This document shows positions 53,633 to 63,727 of a stretch of 64,000 nucleotides of DNA, one piece after another. The notes beneath the pieces are model-generated. The model was given only the letters and a program-made list of their open reading frames with translations, was not told the DNA's origin and made no database searches. The position numbers were made by a program, and so were the translations under genes. Origin of the DNA: an uncultured virus (IMG/VR IMGVR_UViG_3300025034_000006) (Duplodnaviria > Heunggongvirae > Uroviricota > Caudoviricetes); IMG/VR virus record IMGVR_UViG_3300025034_000006; one strand, 5' to 3'. Within the stretch, counting starts at the first letter, position 1. Every line of letters begins with the position of its first letter.

Positions 53633-56600
53633 ATGACCCCCTACACCCAACTCATTCACGACCTGATGGGTCGTGCATCTGGAGCCGTCACCGTCGAAGC
53701 AGCCGACGGGAGCTATATCACCAGCGATGACCTTCTCGAAGTCGGTGCGTTCGCTTCCCATGCCGATGACCCGTGGATTGATCTCGTCACCGACGAAGGC
53801 TTTGCCGTGGGCGTCTTCGTAGCTGGTAACCCGGAAGTCGTCGTTCCTCAGCCGTCCTTCGATGTCGATGGCGGAATGATCTACATGATCGACGGTGATC
53901 CGATCCCCGGCATGAAGCAGGGCCTGCATATGTGCCCTCTCAGCGTCTTCATGCATAAGGGCAAGCCTGACTTCGACGGGTTGAACTGGTATCTCCCGGA
54001 AGACCTCGACCTGAAAACGCCGGGATCGGATCGCCAGATCACCCTCATGACTGGTCGTCGCCGCGACGAAGGCCAAGGCAAGTGGAAAGAGATTTCCAGC
54101 ACCTTCGGCCAGTTCGAAACTGTGCTGCAAGATCACAAGGAAGGGCAGAAAGACGGTCCCTGCTTCTTACAAGGGAAGTCGGCCAACGGCGCTCGCAAAG
54201 CTGTTGCCATGATCGAGAACCACATCCTTGGGGTCGATCTCGATTCGGGCGCTCCCTTGACGGATGTGATGGAGACCATCCAGAAGTATGGTCTGGAAGC
54301 CGTCATCTACACGACTCACAGCCACCTCAAGGACACCAGTGTCATCAAGCGCGACCACTTCATCAAGTGGAACGAGGAAGGTGAGGTTGATGAAGAGGCT
54401 GTTCGCGATTACCTGATCAAGGTCAAGGGCACTTTGCCTCAGATCGTTGACGATCTGGAGATCATCGACGACGCCCACCACACCGAAGAGGGTGTGGTCA
54501 TCCTCGTCAAGCACAAGCCGATGCCCAAGTTCCGGGCGGTGTTCCCGCTCAAGGAAGCTTTCGTCTTCGCCAAGCGTGGTGGTTCCCAGAAGGATGCCAT
54601 CAACGAGTGGAAGGAGCGCTATGCCGGCTTCTGCACCGAACTGGGCTTGTTCTTCGACGAGAAGTGCGTCGATCCCGCACGCTTGTTCTATCTGCCTCGC
54701 CACCCATCCAAGAGCAAAAATCACGGCTCTTGGTTGGTAGTGGGTGAACCCCTCGATCTCGACAAGTTCGATCGTGTGAAAATGAAGCGCGGGCGCACCG
54801 GTAAGCGCAGTGCTGTCTCCAGTAATGCGTTCACGGACGCGGCCGGCGGCGCTGGCTATGACGACGAAGACGACGCCGATCGCTACATCACCTCTTGCGG
54901 TTTCAACCTCAAGGGATGGTCGATCAAATATGCCAAGCGCTTCGAAGTCCAGACCATGATCGAAGAAGTGGTTGGTGGTGACTTCGTTCGCGAATCCCGT
55001 GGTAACAAGCCGGGTGTCCATGTCGAATGTCCTTTCGAAGCTGAGCATTCAAGCTTTGGTGGTGGCGGCACCTTCGTGGTCAATGCGTCCGACAATCTGG
55101 ACGACGGATACGATGGTGGTTTCACCTTCACCTGCGTTCACAATTCGTGCGCCGGCCGGGATCGTCTCGATTATCTCAAGGAGATGATCGAACAGGAACT
55201 GATCACGGTTGCTGATCTCAAGAACAAGGACTTCCTGTTCGAACTGGAAGAGGACGAAGAGGAAGAAGATGTTCCGGCTCAGCGTGAGAAGCCGAAGAAG
55301 CACACCCGTCAGACAGATGCGGAACACCGGGAAGAGCATGAGGATCAGATCAACGATGATGACTTCGGTGATGACGAAGACTCGATGCTCAAGGCGTTCA
55401 ACCGGCGCTACGCGGTGATCCGCACCAGTGGTGGGGTCCGCATTCTTGTGGAGCCCCGGACGCCGGAAGATGATGTCGTTTTCGAAAGCCAGAACGACGT
55501 GGCGCTCTACGAGAAGAACCGCATCATCTGGGTGACAGAAGGTAAGCAAACCCGCAAGGTCGAAGCATTCAAGCAGTGGCTTGAGTGGGAGAAGCGTCGC
55601 ACCTATCGGAACGTCGTGTTCGCGCCGGGCGAGAAGACCCCGAAGGATGTTTACAATCTGTTTCAGGGTTGGCCTTTTGAAGCTGTCCCCACCTCGTGGG
55701 AAGAGGTTCTGGACAACAAGGACAAGCCGGTCGCGGGTGACTGGTCGATGCTGCGTGGTCACATCTACGAGAACATCTGCGAATCGAACGATGCCTATTT
55801 CGAGTGGCTGATGACATGGATCGCCATGCTTTTCCAGAAGCCTCAGGCAAAGCCCGGTTCAACGGTGGTTATCACCGGTAAGAAGGGGACTGGTAAGTCC
55901 ACGCTGTTCGATTACATCAACCAGCTTCTCGGTCGGTGTGGGATCACTGTGTCCCAGCGTAAGCAGATCGTCGGCCAGTTCAACGGTCACCTTGCCACCA
56001 CCTTGCTGATGGTCTGTGAAGAAGCCTTCTGGGCGGCCGATCCGCAAGCCGAAGGTGTCCTCAAGGACATGATCACCAACAAGTCGGTGCTGATCGAAAA
56101 GAAGGGCTACGATCCGATCCAGTCGCGGAATTACACGCGGCTGGCGCTGATCTCGAACAACGAATGGGTTGTTCCGGCGTCTCTCAAGGACGAACGTCGC
56201 TTCTTCGTGCTGCGATGCTCCGACGCGGTGCAGGGCAATATCCAATTCTTCGAGGACATGCGCGAGCAGATGGAAAAGAAGGGTGGTCTCGAAGCCATGC
56301 TCTATGATCTCCTCCACTGGGAACCTGTGGGCGGAACCTTCTCGACCTTGTTCACGCCGCCGGCAACTGCATATCTCCAGCAGCAGCAGATCGAGTCGCT
56401 GTCTGGTGTGCAGAAGTTCATGCTCGAACTGGTCAAGTCCGGGGTCTATGAAACCCACGATGACAAGGTGACGCCGATCGAACTGAACACCGACACCGAG
56501 ACGACTGTCTACGCTGTGGACATGCGTGCGGCTGTGGAGGATTACGTTCGGTTCCAGTTCTCCTCGGACAAGGCCAAGACCAGCTACGACGACATCTCGG

Positions 56601-56785
56601 CTGTGGTCACCGACTGGTTCGGTGCCCGAGAAATCAAGATGAAGGTCGATGGTCAGGTAAACGGGAAGCGCACCTTCATCTTCCCGCCGCTGTCTGAGGT
56701 CCGTTCGAAGCTCAAGGAAAACAAGGGTCTGGATGTCGAGGCAATGACCGAAGAGGCGGTCAAATCGATCCGGCTGCGGTCGTAA
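53633..56785 (+). CDS. Primase-helicase (primase-like N-terminus, SF3/D5-like NTPase)
   Basis: VDLD, YTTHSH, FRAVFP, Zn motif CPF..EH/CVHNSC, GKKGTGKST, ERRF. Confidence 0.85.
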   Translation: MTPYTQLIHDLMGRASGAVTVEAADGSYITSDDLLEVGAFASHADDPWIDLVTDEGFAVGVFVAGNPEVVVPQPSFDVDGGMIYMIDGDPIPGMKQGLHMCPLSVFMHKGKPDFDGLNWYLPEDLDLKTPGSDRQITLMTGRRRDEGQGKWKEISSTFGQFETVLQDHKEGQKDGPCFLQGKSANGARKAVAMIENHILGVDLDSGAPLTDVMETIQKYGLEAVIYTTHSHLKDTSVIKRDHFIKWNEEGEVDEEAVRDYLIKVKGTLPQIVDDLEIIDDAHHTEEGVVILVKHKPMPKFRAVFPLKEAFVFAKRGGSQKDAINEWKERYAGFCTELGLFFDEKCVDPARLFYLPRHPSKSKNHGSWLVVGEPLDLDKFDRVKMKRGRTGKRSAVSSNAFTDAAGGAGYDDEDDADRYITSCGFNLKGWSIKYAKRFEVQTMIEEVVGGDFVRESRGNKPGVHVECPFEAEHSSFGGGGTFVVNASDNLDDGYDGGFTFTCVHNSCAGRDRLDYLKEMIEQELITVADLKNKDFLFELEEDEEEEDVPAQREKPKKHTRQTDAEHREEHEDQINDDDFGDDEDSMLKAFNRRYAVIRTSGGVRILVEPRTPEDDVVFESQNDVALYEKNRIIWVTEGKQTRKVEAFKQWLEWEKRRTYRNVVFAPGEKTPKDVYNLFQGWPFEAVPTSWEEVLDNKDKPVAGDWSMLRGHIYENICESNDAYFEWLMTWIAMLFQKPQAKPGSTVVITGKKGTGKSTLFDYINQLLGRCGITVSQRKQIVGQFNGHLATTLLMVCEEAFWAADPQAEGVLKDMITNKSVLIEKKGYDPIQSRNYTRLALISNNEWVVPASLKDERRFFVLRCSDAVQGNIQFFEDMREQMEKKGGLEAMLYDLLHWEPVGGTFSTLFTPPATAYLQQQQIESLSGVQKFMLELVKSGVYETHDDKVTPIELNTDTETTVYAVDMRAAVEDYVRFQFSSDKAKTSYDDISAVVTDWFGAREIKMKVDGQVNGKRTFIFPPLSEVRSKLKENKGLDVEAMTEEAVKSIRLRS

Positions 56786-56897
56786 AAATTCTAGGACAAA
56801 TTGTCCGGAAAGCCTTGACAGGCATTTTACCTGCCGCTAGAGACATCCTCGCTAAACGTGATTTGTCACTTTCTGGTTTTCAACAAAGGAGGTTGTC

Positions 56898-56906
56898 ATG
56901 AAGTAA
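56898..56906 (+). CDS. Minigene Met-Lys-stop upstream of rtcB
   Basis: AGGAGG (56887-56892), 5 nt, ATG AAG TAA. Confidence 0.6.
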   Translation: MK

Positions 56907-56996
56907 GCAGTTAGGCCGCCAACCCAATATGGCATTAGAGATATGATGGCCGCGCTAGGGTAACACCAGCGCGGCCTTAGAAAAAGGGAGACAGAC

Positions 56997-58238
56997 ATGC
57001 GTATCGATCAGATTACCGATTCATTGGGTAACAAGAAGCTGGTGAAGCTCTGGGAGCCGGAAGGCTATCCATTCGAGCCCGAAGCTGTCGAGCAGATCAA
57101 CAACATGGCCCGGCTCCCGTTCGTGTTCAAGCACGTTGCTGTGATGCCTGATGCCCACGCCGGCAAGGGCTCCACTGTGGGCACCGTTTTCGCTACAAAG
57201 GGCGCGATCGTCCCGGCTGCTGTCGGAGTTGACATCGGCTGCGGAATGATGGCCGTCCGCACCACCCTGACCGCAATCGATCTTCCGGACAGCCTCTCCC
57301 ATATCCGTGGAATGATTGAGGCTGCTGTTCCGCATGGTCGTGGGTCGATGGATCAGATTCGCAGTGGGCGTGATCCCGGCTCGTGGGGTAACCCGACGCC
57401 GCAAGCGCAGTCTCGCTGGAAGTCGCTGGCCGACCGCTACGATGCGATCGTCGCCAAGCACCCGAAGATTGCCCAGAAGCGTCACCCGGTGCATCACATG
57501 GGCACGTTGGGAACCGGCAACCACTTCATCGAAATCTGTCTGGACGAAGACCAGAACGTGTGGGTGATGCTCCACTCGGGCTCGCGTGGTATCGGCAATG
57601 CGATCGGCACCTACTTCATCAACAAGGCGAAGGAGGAGATGCACCGGTATCATATCGCGCAGTATCTGCCGGATGAAGACCTGTCGTATCTGGTCGAACA
57701 TACCGAGGTCTATGACGATTACGTCGAGGCTGTCGGCTGGGCTCAGGACTTCGCGATGGCAAACCGCCAGACGATGATGGATGCCGTGTTGGGCGTGATG
57801 CGTCAGACCCTGCCGCCGTTCCTGTCCGATCAGATGGCGATCAACTGCCACCACAACTACGTGACCAAGGAGCAGCACTACGGCGAGCCTGTGTTGGTGA
57901 CCCGTAAGGGTGCCGTGCAGGCTCGTGAGGGCACCATGGGGATCATTCCGGGGTCGATGGGCACCGGTAGCTTCATCGTCCGTGGTCTCGGCAACCATCA
58001 CTCGTTCCACTCGTGCAGTCACGGGGCTGGGCGCGTGATGAGTCGCACCAAGGCGAAGAAGCTGATCTCGATGGAGCAGCACGCTGAGGCGATGAAGGGA
58101 ATCGAAGCTCGCTTGGATGCAGATGTGCTGGACGAAAGTCCGGCCGCCTACAAGCCGATCGGCGCTGTGATGGATGCTCAGAGCGATCTCGTCGAGATCG
58201 TTCACCGGCTCCGTCAGGTTCTCAACGTCAAGGGTTGA
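56997..58238 (+). CDS. rtcB: RNA 3'-phosphate/5'-OH ligase
   Basis: MPDAHAG, VGVDIGCG, GNHFIE, HSGSRG, HHNY, SHGAGR, AYK. Confidence 0.95.
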   Translation: MRIDQITDSLGNKKLVKLWEPEGYPFEPEAVEQINNMARLPFVFKHVAVMPDAHAGKGSTVGTVFATKGAIVPAAVGVDIGCGMMAVRTTLTAIDLPDSLSHIRGMIEAAVPHGRGSMDQIRSGRDPGSWGNPTPQAQSRWKSLADRYDAIVAKHPKIAQKRHPVHHMGTLGTGNHFIEICLDEDQNVWVMLHSGSRGIGNAIGTYFINKAKEEMHRYHIAQYLPDEDLSYLVEHTEVYDDYVEAVGWAQDFAMANRQTMMDAVLGVMRQTLPPFLSDQMAINCHHNYVTKEQHYGEPVLVTRKGAVQAREGTMGIIPGSMGTGSFIVRGLGNHHSFHSCSHGAGRVMSRTKAKKLISMEQHAEAMKGIEARLDADVLDESPAAYKPIGAVMDAQSDLVEIVHRLRQVLNVKG

Positions 58239-58239
58239 G

Positions 58240-58533
58240 GTGGATAGCATTTCCGCGATCGTCAGCAGAGACCCAGACGCCGCATTGCTTTTCGCAATAA
58301 AGCTTCGGCGTCTGGGTTTTCCCGCTGAAACGTATGTGGCTTCGTCCACAAAAGGATACAAGAAAGCCGTAGGTAAGGCTATGAAACATGAAATGGCAAT
58401 TCTTCTTGACGAAGATGTTGCCATTGATACAGTCTTGGATGAACGTTACGATCTAAAAGAAGTGGACGTAATGAGTGTCATCATCGACAACATGGAGCAT
58501 TTACCACCTGCTCGATTGTGGCGTCATCTATAA
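58240..58533 (+). CDS. Hypothetical protein
   Basis: GTG just after rtcB stop; lower GC. Confidence 0.45.
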   Translation: MDSISAIVSRDPDAALLFAIKLRRLGFPAETYVASSTKGYKKAVGKAMKHEMAILLDEDVAIDTVLDERYDLKEVDVMSVIIDNMEHLPPARLWRHL

Positions 58534-58554
58534 ATCAATAACAGGGAGTATGAC

Positions 58555-58959
58555 ATGAATACCAAAGTGAAAGTAGGGTTGGCGGCTGTCGCTATCCTGA
58601 TCGGTGTCCCAGTCGCCATCTCGGCAATCGGCACCGTCAACAGCGTCGCCACCGCCCCCGGTCGCGTCGTCCAGAAGACGATGGAGACCAACAACATCAT
58701 CGACACTTACGAAGGATTCTTCGTGCGTAAGGGTCAGTATGATACCCGGCTCGGTCAGATCACCGAACACAAGACGATCATGTCGGAGAACACCGACCCC
58801 GCCGAAGCCGCCCGGCTGCGTATCGAACTGGCCGCCATGCGTCAGTCGTGTCGCGATCTCGCGGTGATATACAACGCGAACGCGTCGATGGCGAACAAGG
58901 AACTTTTCCGTTCCGACGATCTGCCGGCGGAACTCTCGGAGGCTGATTGTGATGCGTAA
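58555..58959 (+). CDS. Membrane-anchored hypothetical protein
   Basis: N-terminal hydrophobic helix; GGGAG SD. Confidence 0.65.
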   Translation: MNTKVKVGLAAVAILIGVPVAISAIGTVNSVATAPGRVVQKTMETNNIIDTYEGFFVRKGQYDTRLGQITEHKTIMSENTDPAEAARLRIELAAMRQSCRDLAVIYNANASMANKELFRSDDLPAELSEADCDA

Positions 58960-59451
58960 GCTCGCATTCGCGGCCGTCCTTGGCCTTTCCTTCATCCTCG
59001 CCGGCTGCGGTGAAAATCAGCCTGAAACCCCAAGAAGGCTCAGGCTCAGAAGGCTGAGGCCGCTGCGGCGTCTCTCCAGTTCACCGAGAACGCGGAAATC
59101 GACAACATCAAGCGTCGGCTCGAACTCACGAGCAAGCCGGGCGCGATCGGTTATATCGTTCTCCTGAACGAAGCTGGTCAGCCGATCCTCTACACCGGGG
59201 TCAAGGGCAAGGTCACCTCCTCAGGCAAGCGCCTCACCAGTCCTCAGCAGGGTGTCAGCATTCGATGCGGCGACTTCTGCTCGGAAGCTCTGGGTGATGG
59301 TCCTTCCGATGAAGGCACCTATGGATCGTCCGATCCCTACGTGTTCTTCTGGGATACCAACGGTGTCTACCACCAGTGGTCCGGTCGCTATCTCTACAGT
59401 GACAAACCCATCCGTCTCCGCGTCGAACCGCTGGTCATCAGCAGCCTGTAA
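58952..59451 (+). pseudogene. Lipoprotein gene with a frameshift at the C-run 59028-59031
   Basis: Lipobox LAGC; -1 frame continues about 140 aa (…KGKVTSSGKRLT…SDEGTYG…YLYSDKP) to TAA 59451. Confidence 0.75.
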
Positions 59452-59463
59452 GAAGGAACTATC

Positions 59464-59886
59464 ATGGAATCTCGAAATCTTTTCAGCCTCACGGCTGCCA
59501 TCGCTCTTCTCCTCGTTGTCGTGGTCGGCGGCGGTCTGGGTAGCTGTGCTGCCTACAACTCGGTCCGTGTCTGGAACGCTGAGACGGCCGGTGAAGCCGA
59601 ACTGGCTCAGGCAAGCTCGAACCGCCGCATCGCGGTGCTGGAAGCTCAGGCTCTGATGGACAGCGCCAAGCTCAAGGCAGATGCCGAAGTCGCTCGCGCT
59701 CGGGGTGTTGCCGAAGCCAACCGCATCGTGGCGGAAGGGCTGGGCGGTCCTGAGGGCTACCTTCGGTATCTCTACATCAACAACCTCGAAAATTCGAAGG
59801 GCCAGATCATCTATATCCCGACCGAAGCCGGGTTGCCGATTCTCGAAGCCAATCGTCTGCGCCCGGCCCCGGCCCCGGCCGAGTGA
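59464..59886 (+). CDS. Membrane protein with SPFH/band-7-like coiled-coil tail
   Basis: TM helix, AEA-rich coil, YLRYL..IYIPTEAGLPILEA. Confidence 0.7.
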   Translation: MESRNLFSLTAAIALLLVVVVGGGLGSCAAYNSVRVWNAETAGEAELAQASSNRRIAVLEAQALMDSAKLKADAEVARARGVAEANRIVAEGLGGPEGYLRYLYINNLENSKGQIIYIPTEAGLPILEANRLRPAPAPAE

Positions 59887-59915
59887 TCCAACTCCTCTAA
59901 CACAAGGAATCTACC

Positions 59916-60155
59916 ATGACTGAGCAAGCTGTAGACGATCGCCTTCGTCTCCTGATCGAGCGTATCGAGCGCCTCGAAGAAGAGAAGAAGGGAATCGCCG
60001 ACGACATCAAGGATGTCTATGCTGAGGCCAAGGCTGTTGGTTTCGATCCCAAGATCATGCGTATGATCGTGCGTCTCCGGAAGATGAAGCCGGACGATCG
60101 CAGCGAGCAGGACATGATCCTCGAAACCTACAAGAACGCGCTGGGCATGGCCTGA
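59916..60155 (+). CDS. gapR: GapR-like nucleoid-associated protein (DUF2312)
   Basis: [31 protein letters not shown]. Confidence 0.9.
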   Translation: MTEQAVDDRLRLLIERIERLEEEKKGIADDIKDVYAEAKAVGFDPKIMRMIVRLRKMKPDDRSEQDMILETYKNALGMA

Positions 60156-60625
60156 TGACTCAAGTCATCCTGTTCAGCGGCTGGTATAGCGCGGCGCTCT
60201 GCCGTGCATGTCCGGACTTGCTGTTCGTGTTCGGTGACAATATGCTTGGGTTCGGAAAGGGTGGTCAGGCGATCATTCGATCCGAACCCAACACCTTCGG
60301 AATCCCTACGAAGCGTAAACCTTCTATGGCTTCTGGGGCTTTCTTCATGGAGGGGAATGAGCGCGATCTTGATGCCGTCCTACTTAGTCTGGGGGACTTG
60401 TGGGATAAGCTCGAAGAAGGTCGCACTGTCGTTATCCCAATCAACCAAGAAGGGGAGATCAGTCTTGGCCTCGAAAGAGCCCGTCTCCGGCAAACCGCGC
60501 CGAGTATCTACGACACCATCAAAAACCACGTCAACGAAATGTGTGTCGCCCACCGCTGGACGAAAATCGAGAACGAAGAAGGACTCAAAACCTTTCAGGC
60601 TGCTCTCGGAGGACCCGAGAGTTAA
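60155..60625 (+). CDS. Conserved phage protein
   Basis: FVFGDN..G.GGQA.IR..PN.FGIPTK motif. Confidence 0.65.
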   Translation: MTQVILFSGWYSAALCRACPDLLFVFGDNMLGFGKGGQAIIRSEPNTFGIPTKRKPSMASGAFFMEGNERDLDAVLLSLGDLWDKLEEGRTVVIPINQEGEISLGLERARLRQTAPSIYDTIKNHVNEMCVAHRWTKIENEEGLKTFQAALGGPES

Positions 60626-60638
60626 CCTCCTACAATCC

Positions 60639-60938
60639 ATGGTTCAAAGCCTAGATCACTTTGAAAGGAAGGGATTAACGGCACGTCATCTCAAGGTATT
60701 TTTTGCGGTCGAGTTGTTCATAAGCATTTCACAGGCCCGGACCAAACCAGATGATAAGGGGATCGGTATGCTCCTCGGGATGCATGTCGAGGATTTCAGG
60801 AAGGAACTGGAAGAGCTTGTGGAGAATAGGTATCTCCATAGGATGCACCCAACCTACGGTGAGTTGATTTACACTTACAAAATAGGGTCTCTTGGTGGAA
60901 CATTGATGCGTAAAGTAGCTTCCCCAAGTCATCCCTAA
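60639..60938 (+). CDS. Possible winged-helix protein
   Basis: Helix-turn-helix-like pattern; start uncertain. Confidence 0.4.
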   Translation: MVQSLDHFERKGLTARHLKVFFAVELFISISQARTKPDDKGIGMLLGMHVEDFRKELEELVENRYLHRMHPTYGELIYTYKIGSLGGTLMRKVASPSHP

Positions 60939-61079
60939 CTATCCGAAACAGGTGAGAATGTCGGTGAACGAAGCGATCCTTCGTTCACCGACATTTTTGC
61001 TTGCCTAAGATGGAATTTCCTGCTATCATAGATGATCATTCGGTGCATTCCCACCGTCGCTCCCAGCAGGTGACATCAT

Positions 61080-61445
61080 ATGTTCCTAGTTTATCTGGCG
61101 GTGGTGTGCAGCGCCATGTCGTTCCTCACCGGTATCGTCATCATCGGCTCCGGTAAGGAGTTCCAGTATCAACCCAAGCATATCCTACAAGGACGCCGCG
61201 ACGCGCTCCTATACGTCTGGCTGATCTTCTCATCTATCTTCGCTCTGGCACACTGTGCCTCGCTGATTGAATACGGGATCACGGAAGATTGGCAATATCG
61301 ATTCAGTGACACCGGGCGATGGATGGCGATCCATTCCGGTGTAGGTGCCCTCCTTACTGCCGCCCACCTGTTCATTCGCCATGATCTTGAAGGTGGGGCT
61401 TCTTCACACATATTCCTTTGGGGTGCGCGTCGCCATGCCGTCTAG
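61080..61445 (+). CDS. Membrane protein (3 TM)
   Basis: Three hydrophobic segments. Confidence 0.55.
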   Translation: MFLVYLAVVCSAMSFLTGIVIIGSGKEFQYQPKHILQGRRDALLYVWLIFSSIFALAHCASLIEYGITEDWQYRFSDTGRWMAIHSGVGALLTAAHLFIRHDLEGGASSHIFLWGARRHAV

Positions 61446-61866
61446 CTTTTCGATCTTAGCTACCGATACCGATCTCCAGCACAGCATCTGGGTCGCTACC
61501 GGCGGCGCTATGTTAGTGCTTCTACAATCGATTCTTTCAGGAGAGCGTCGCGTGTGGTGGAAATTGCTTGCCTCTTGCATCATCGGTGGTAGCGCCGCTG
61601 CTCTTGTGGGTCACGCCTTTGAAGGCTCTTCGTGGGTCTACATCTACTGTGGTATCTCGGCGATCGTCGCTGAGAACATCATCTTCGGTCTGGTTAAGGC
61701 TTCCGAGCAGTTCAAGCAGAGCCCGATCTCCGTGTTTGCCCAGTTGTGGCGTGTTGTGATGCCGAGCTTCGGTAAGGTCACTGACAAGCCGGCTGATGCT
61801 CTCGACATCAACCCGGACACCGGCAAACCAGCCGATCGGAACAACGACACACCCGCTGTAGGCTAA
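61435..61866 (+). CDS. Membrane protein, holin candidate
   Basis: Three hydrophobic segments and a charged C-terminal tail. Confidence 0.45.
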   Translation: MPSSFSILATDTDLQHSIWVATGGAMLVLLQSILSGERRVWWKLLASCIIGGSAAALVGHAFEGSSWVYIYCGISAIVAENIIFGLVKASEQFKQSPISVFAQLWRVVMPSFGKVTDKPADALDINPDTGKPADRNNDTPAVG

Positions 61867-61895
61867 GAGCCACCAAAACCCACACCCCAGCGTTG

Positions 61896-61926
61896 ACGCC
61901 CCGGAAGAGATTCCGGGGCGTTTTTC
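61896..61926 (+). terminator. Intrinsic terminator
   Basis: ACGCCCCGGAA-GAGA-TTCCGGGGCGT-TTTT. Confidence 0.85.
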
Positions 61927-61981
61927 GTTGACAAATCTTCCGGTTCGTATATTTCATCTGGAACACCAACGAGGAGATCAC

Positions 61982-62449
61982 ATGATTCTTTCAAACCAAG
62001 TTCGCTGCCACAAGTGTGGTGACACCCCTTTCAGTTCCCATCGCCATGACTTTCGACATTGCCGTTGTGGCTCGATCGCGGTTGATGGTGGTATGAGCTA
62101 CCTCCGCCGGGCGGGTAACATCGATGCTTACGACGACATGAGCATCACCTTCCCAGATGAAGCCGCCCACAAGATCATCTATGCACTCAATCAGGTCATC
62201 GGTGACGAAGGCGATTATAGCCCGGCATCTTTGCTGCTGGTTGTTGCCCGCGCTCTGGAAGAAGAAGGTATCACCGTCGATCGCCATCGTGAGGAGCATG
62301 AAGGTGCAATCGATGAAGCCTTTGCGGCCGCTGTCGTATGGGCATCCCAGAACGGACGCAACGGACTGGGCGCTCTGTGTGCTGTGGCCCGTTACGTCCG
62401 CGACGCCGGCGGCATCTGGATGTTCAAGGAAGAGCCTGTCAATGCCTGA
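61982..62449 (+). CDS. Zn-ribbon-containing phage protein
   Basis: CHKCGD..S.HRHDF..C.CG..AVDGG..Y.RR. Confidence 0.7.
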   Translation: MILSNQVRCHKCGDTPFSSHRHDFRHCRCGSIAVDGGMSYLRRAGNIDAYDDMSITFPDEAAHKIIYALNQVIGDEGDYSPASLLLVVARALEEEGITVDRHREEHEGAIDEAFAAAVVWASQNGRNGLGALCAVARYVRDAGGIWMFKEEPVNA

Positions 62450-63077
62450 ACGTTTCTCTTGTGCTGACCTGCACTTCGGCCACAAGGGCATGGTCATGTT
62501 CACCAGTGGTGGTAAGCCGATCCGGCCGTGGGGAACTGCGGTAGGGAAGGTCAAGTTCGACGATCTCGATCCCGAAGTCCAAGCCGACATCATGCGCCGG
62601 GTCGAGGAAATGGACGAAGCCATGGTCGATAACTGGAACCGCGTCGTCGGTCCCAAGGACAAGGTGGAAGTGTTGGGTGATGCCGTGATCGGTCGGCAGC
62701 AAATTCACACCTTCGGTCGTCTCAACGGTCGCAAGCGTCTCCGCATGGGTAACCACGATGTGTTCGTCAAGAACAACAACCGGGACTATGCCCAGTATTT
62801 CGAGGAGATCACCGCCTATAAGGTCTTCGACGATCTGATCATGTCGCATATCCCGCTCCACCCGGAGTCGGTCAAGGAGCGCTGGAAGGCGAACGTCCAC
62901 GGACATCTTCACACCAAACGCGTGATGATGACGGTGCCGACGTGGTGGGGAGGTGCGCGTGAGGTGATCGATCCTCGCTATCTGTGCGTCTCGATGGAAC
63001 ATATCGACTACACACCCATTCCTATGGATGAGGTATATCGTCGTATCGAGGAACAGCAGGAGAATGCCCGTGGCTAA
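62442..63077 (+). CDS. Calcineurin-like metallophosphoesterase
   Basis: ADLHFGH, LGD, GNHD, SHIP, HGHLH. Confidence 0.9.
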   Translation: MPERFSCADLHFGHKGMVMFTSGGKPIRPWGTAVGKVKFDDLDPEVQADIMRRVEEMDEAMVDNWNRVVGPKDKVEVLGDAVIGRQQIHTFGRLNGRKRLRMGNHDVFVKNNNRDYAQYFEEITAYKVFDDLIMSHIPLHPESVKERWKANVHGHLHTKRVMMTVPTWWGGAREVIDPRYLCVSMEHIDYTPIPMDEVYRRIEEQQENARG

Positions 63078-63396
63078 GCTCAAGACGCCGGCTTCGGCCG
63101 TCATCGACTTCCGCGAGCGTCATCGCTTGGATCAAGCGGCGGTAGATCGCTTGTTCGGATTCTCGTCGGAAGGACGCGCTTGTCGCCGGTGGGAAGCCGA
63201 GGACGCTCCTTACTACGTCACGATCCTGATGGGATACGCTGACACCTACGGCCTTGCAAAGATGGAAGAGCTTGCGGCCAGCCGAGAACTTGAAGCTTGA
63301 CCGTCATAGTTTAATGTTCTAGCTTTGTCTCGAAGCTTGGTCCTCCTAGCTTTCGGTGGCCTCGCCCGTCGCTCTAGCAGCGGCGGGCGAAGTCAC

Positions 63397-63726
63397 TTAG
63401 ACTTCGCTGTCACCTCGGACCCACAGAGCCACGGGCGGTAGGTTGTTCCCTGACACCAACATCCGGATGGGCTCTCCCTTGTTGAGCAGGTGCAGTTCCT
63501 CAGCCGTGGGCCGCCACTCTGACATGAACGCCGGGTAGACTTCCTCGCCGCTGGGAAGCTGCGATCGCACGATCCGAACAGCCGGTTCGAACAGAATGTC
63601 GCCGGTGGCTCCGACGCGGCGAACAGCCAGCGTGCCGCAATCAGCTTCGTCCCAGTCGGTCGGCTTACCCATCCGGATGTAGTGATCCGGTGCGTCCGGG
63701 TGCGGTCCAATGTCGGTTGCTTGCAT
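63397..63726 (-). CDS. Hypothetical protein
   Basis: GAGGAG SD upstream; S.W.PT.EEL..L..G motif. Confidence 0.55.
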   Translation of the reverse strand: MQATDIGPHPDAPDHYIRMGKPTDWDEADCGTLAVRRVGATGDILFEPAVRIVRSQLPSGEEVYPAFMSEWRPTAEELHLLNKGEPIRMLVSGNNLPPVALWVRGDSEV

Positions 63727-63727
63727 G

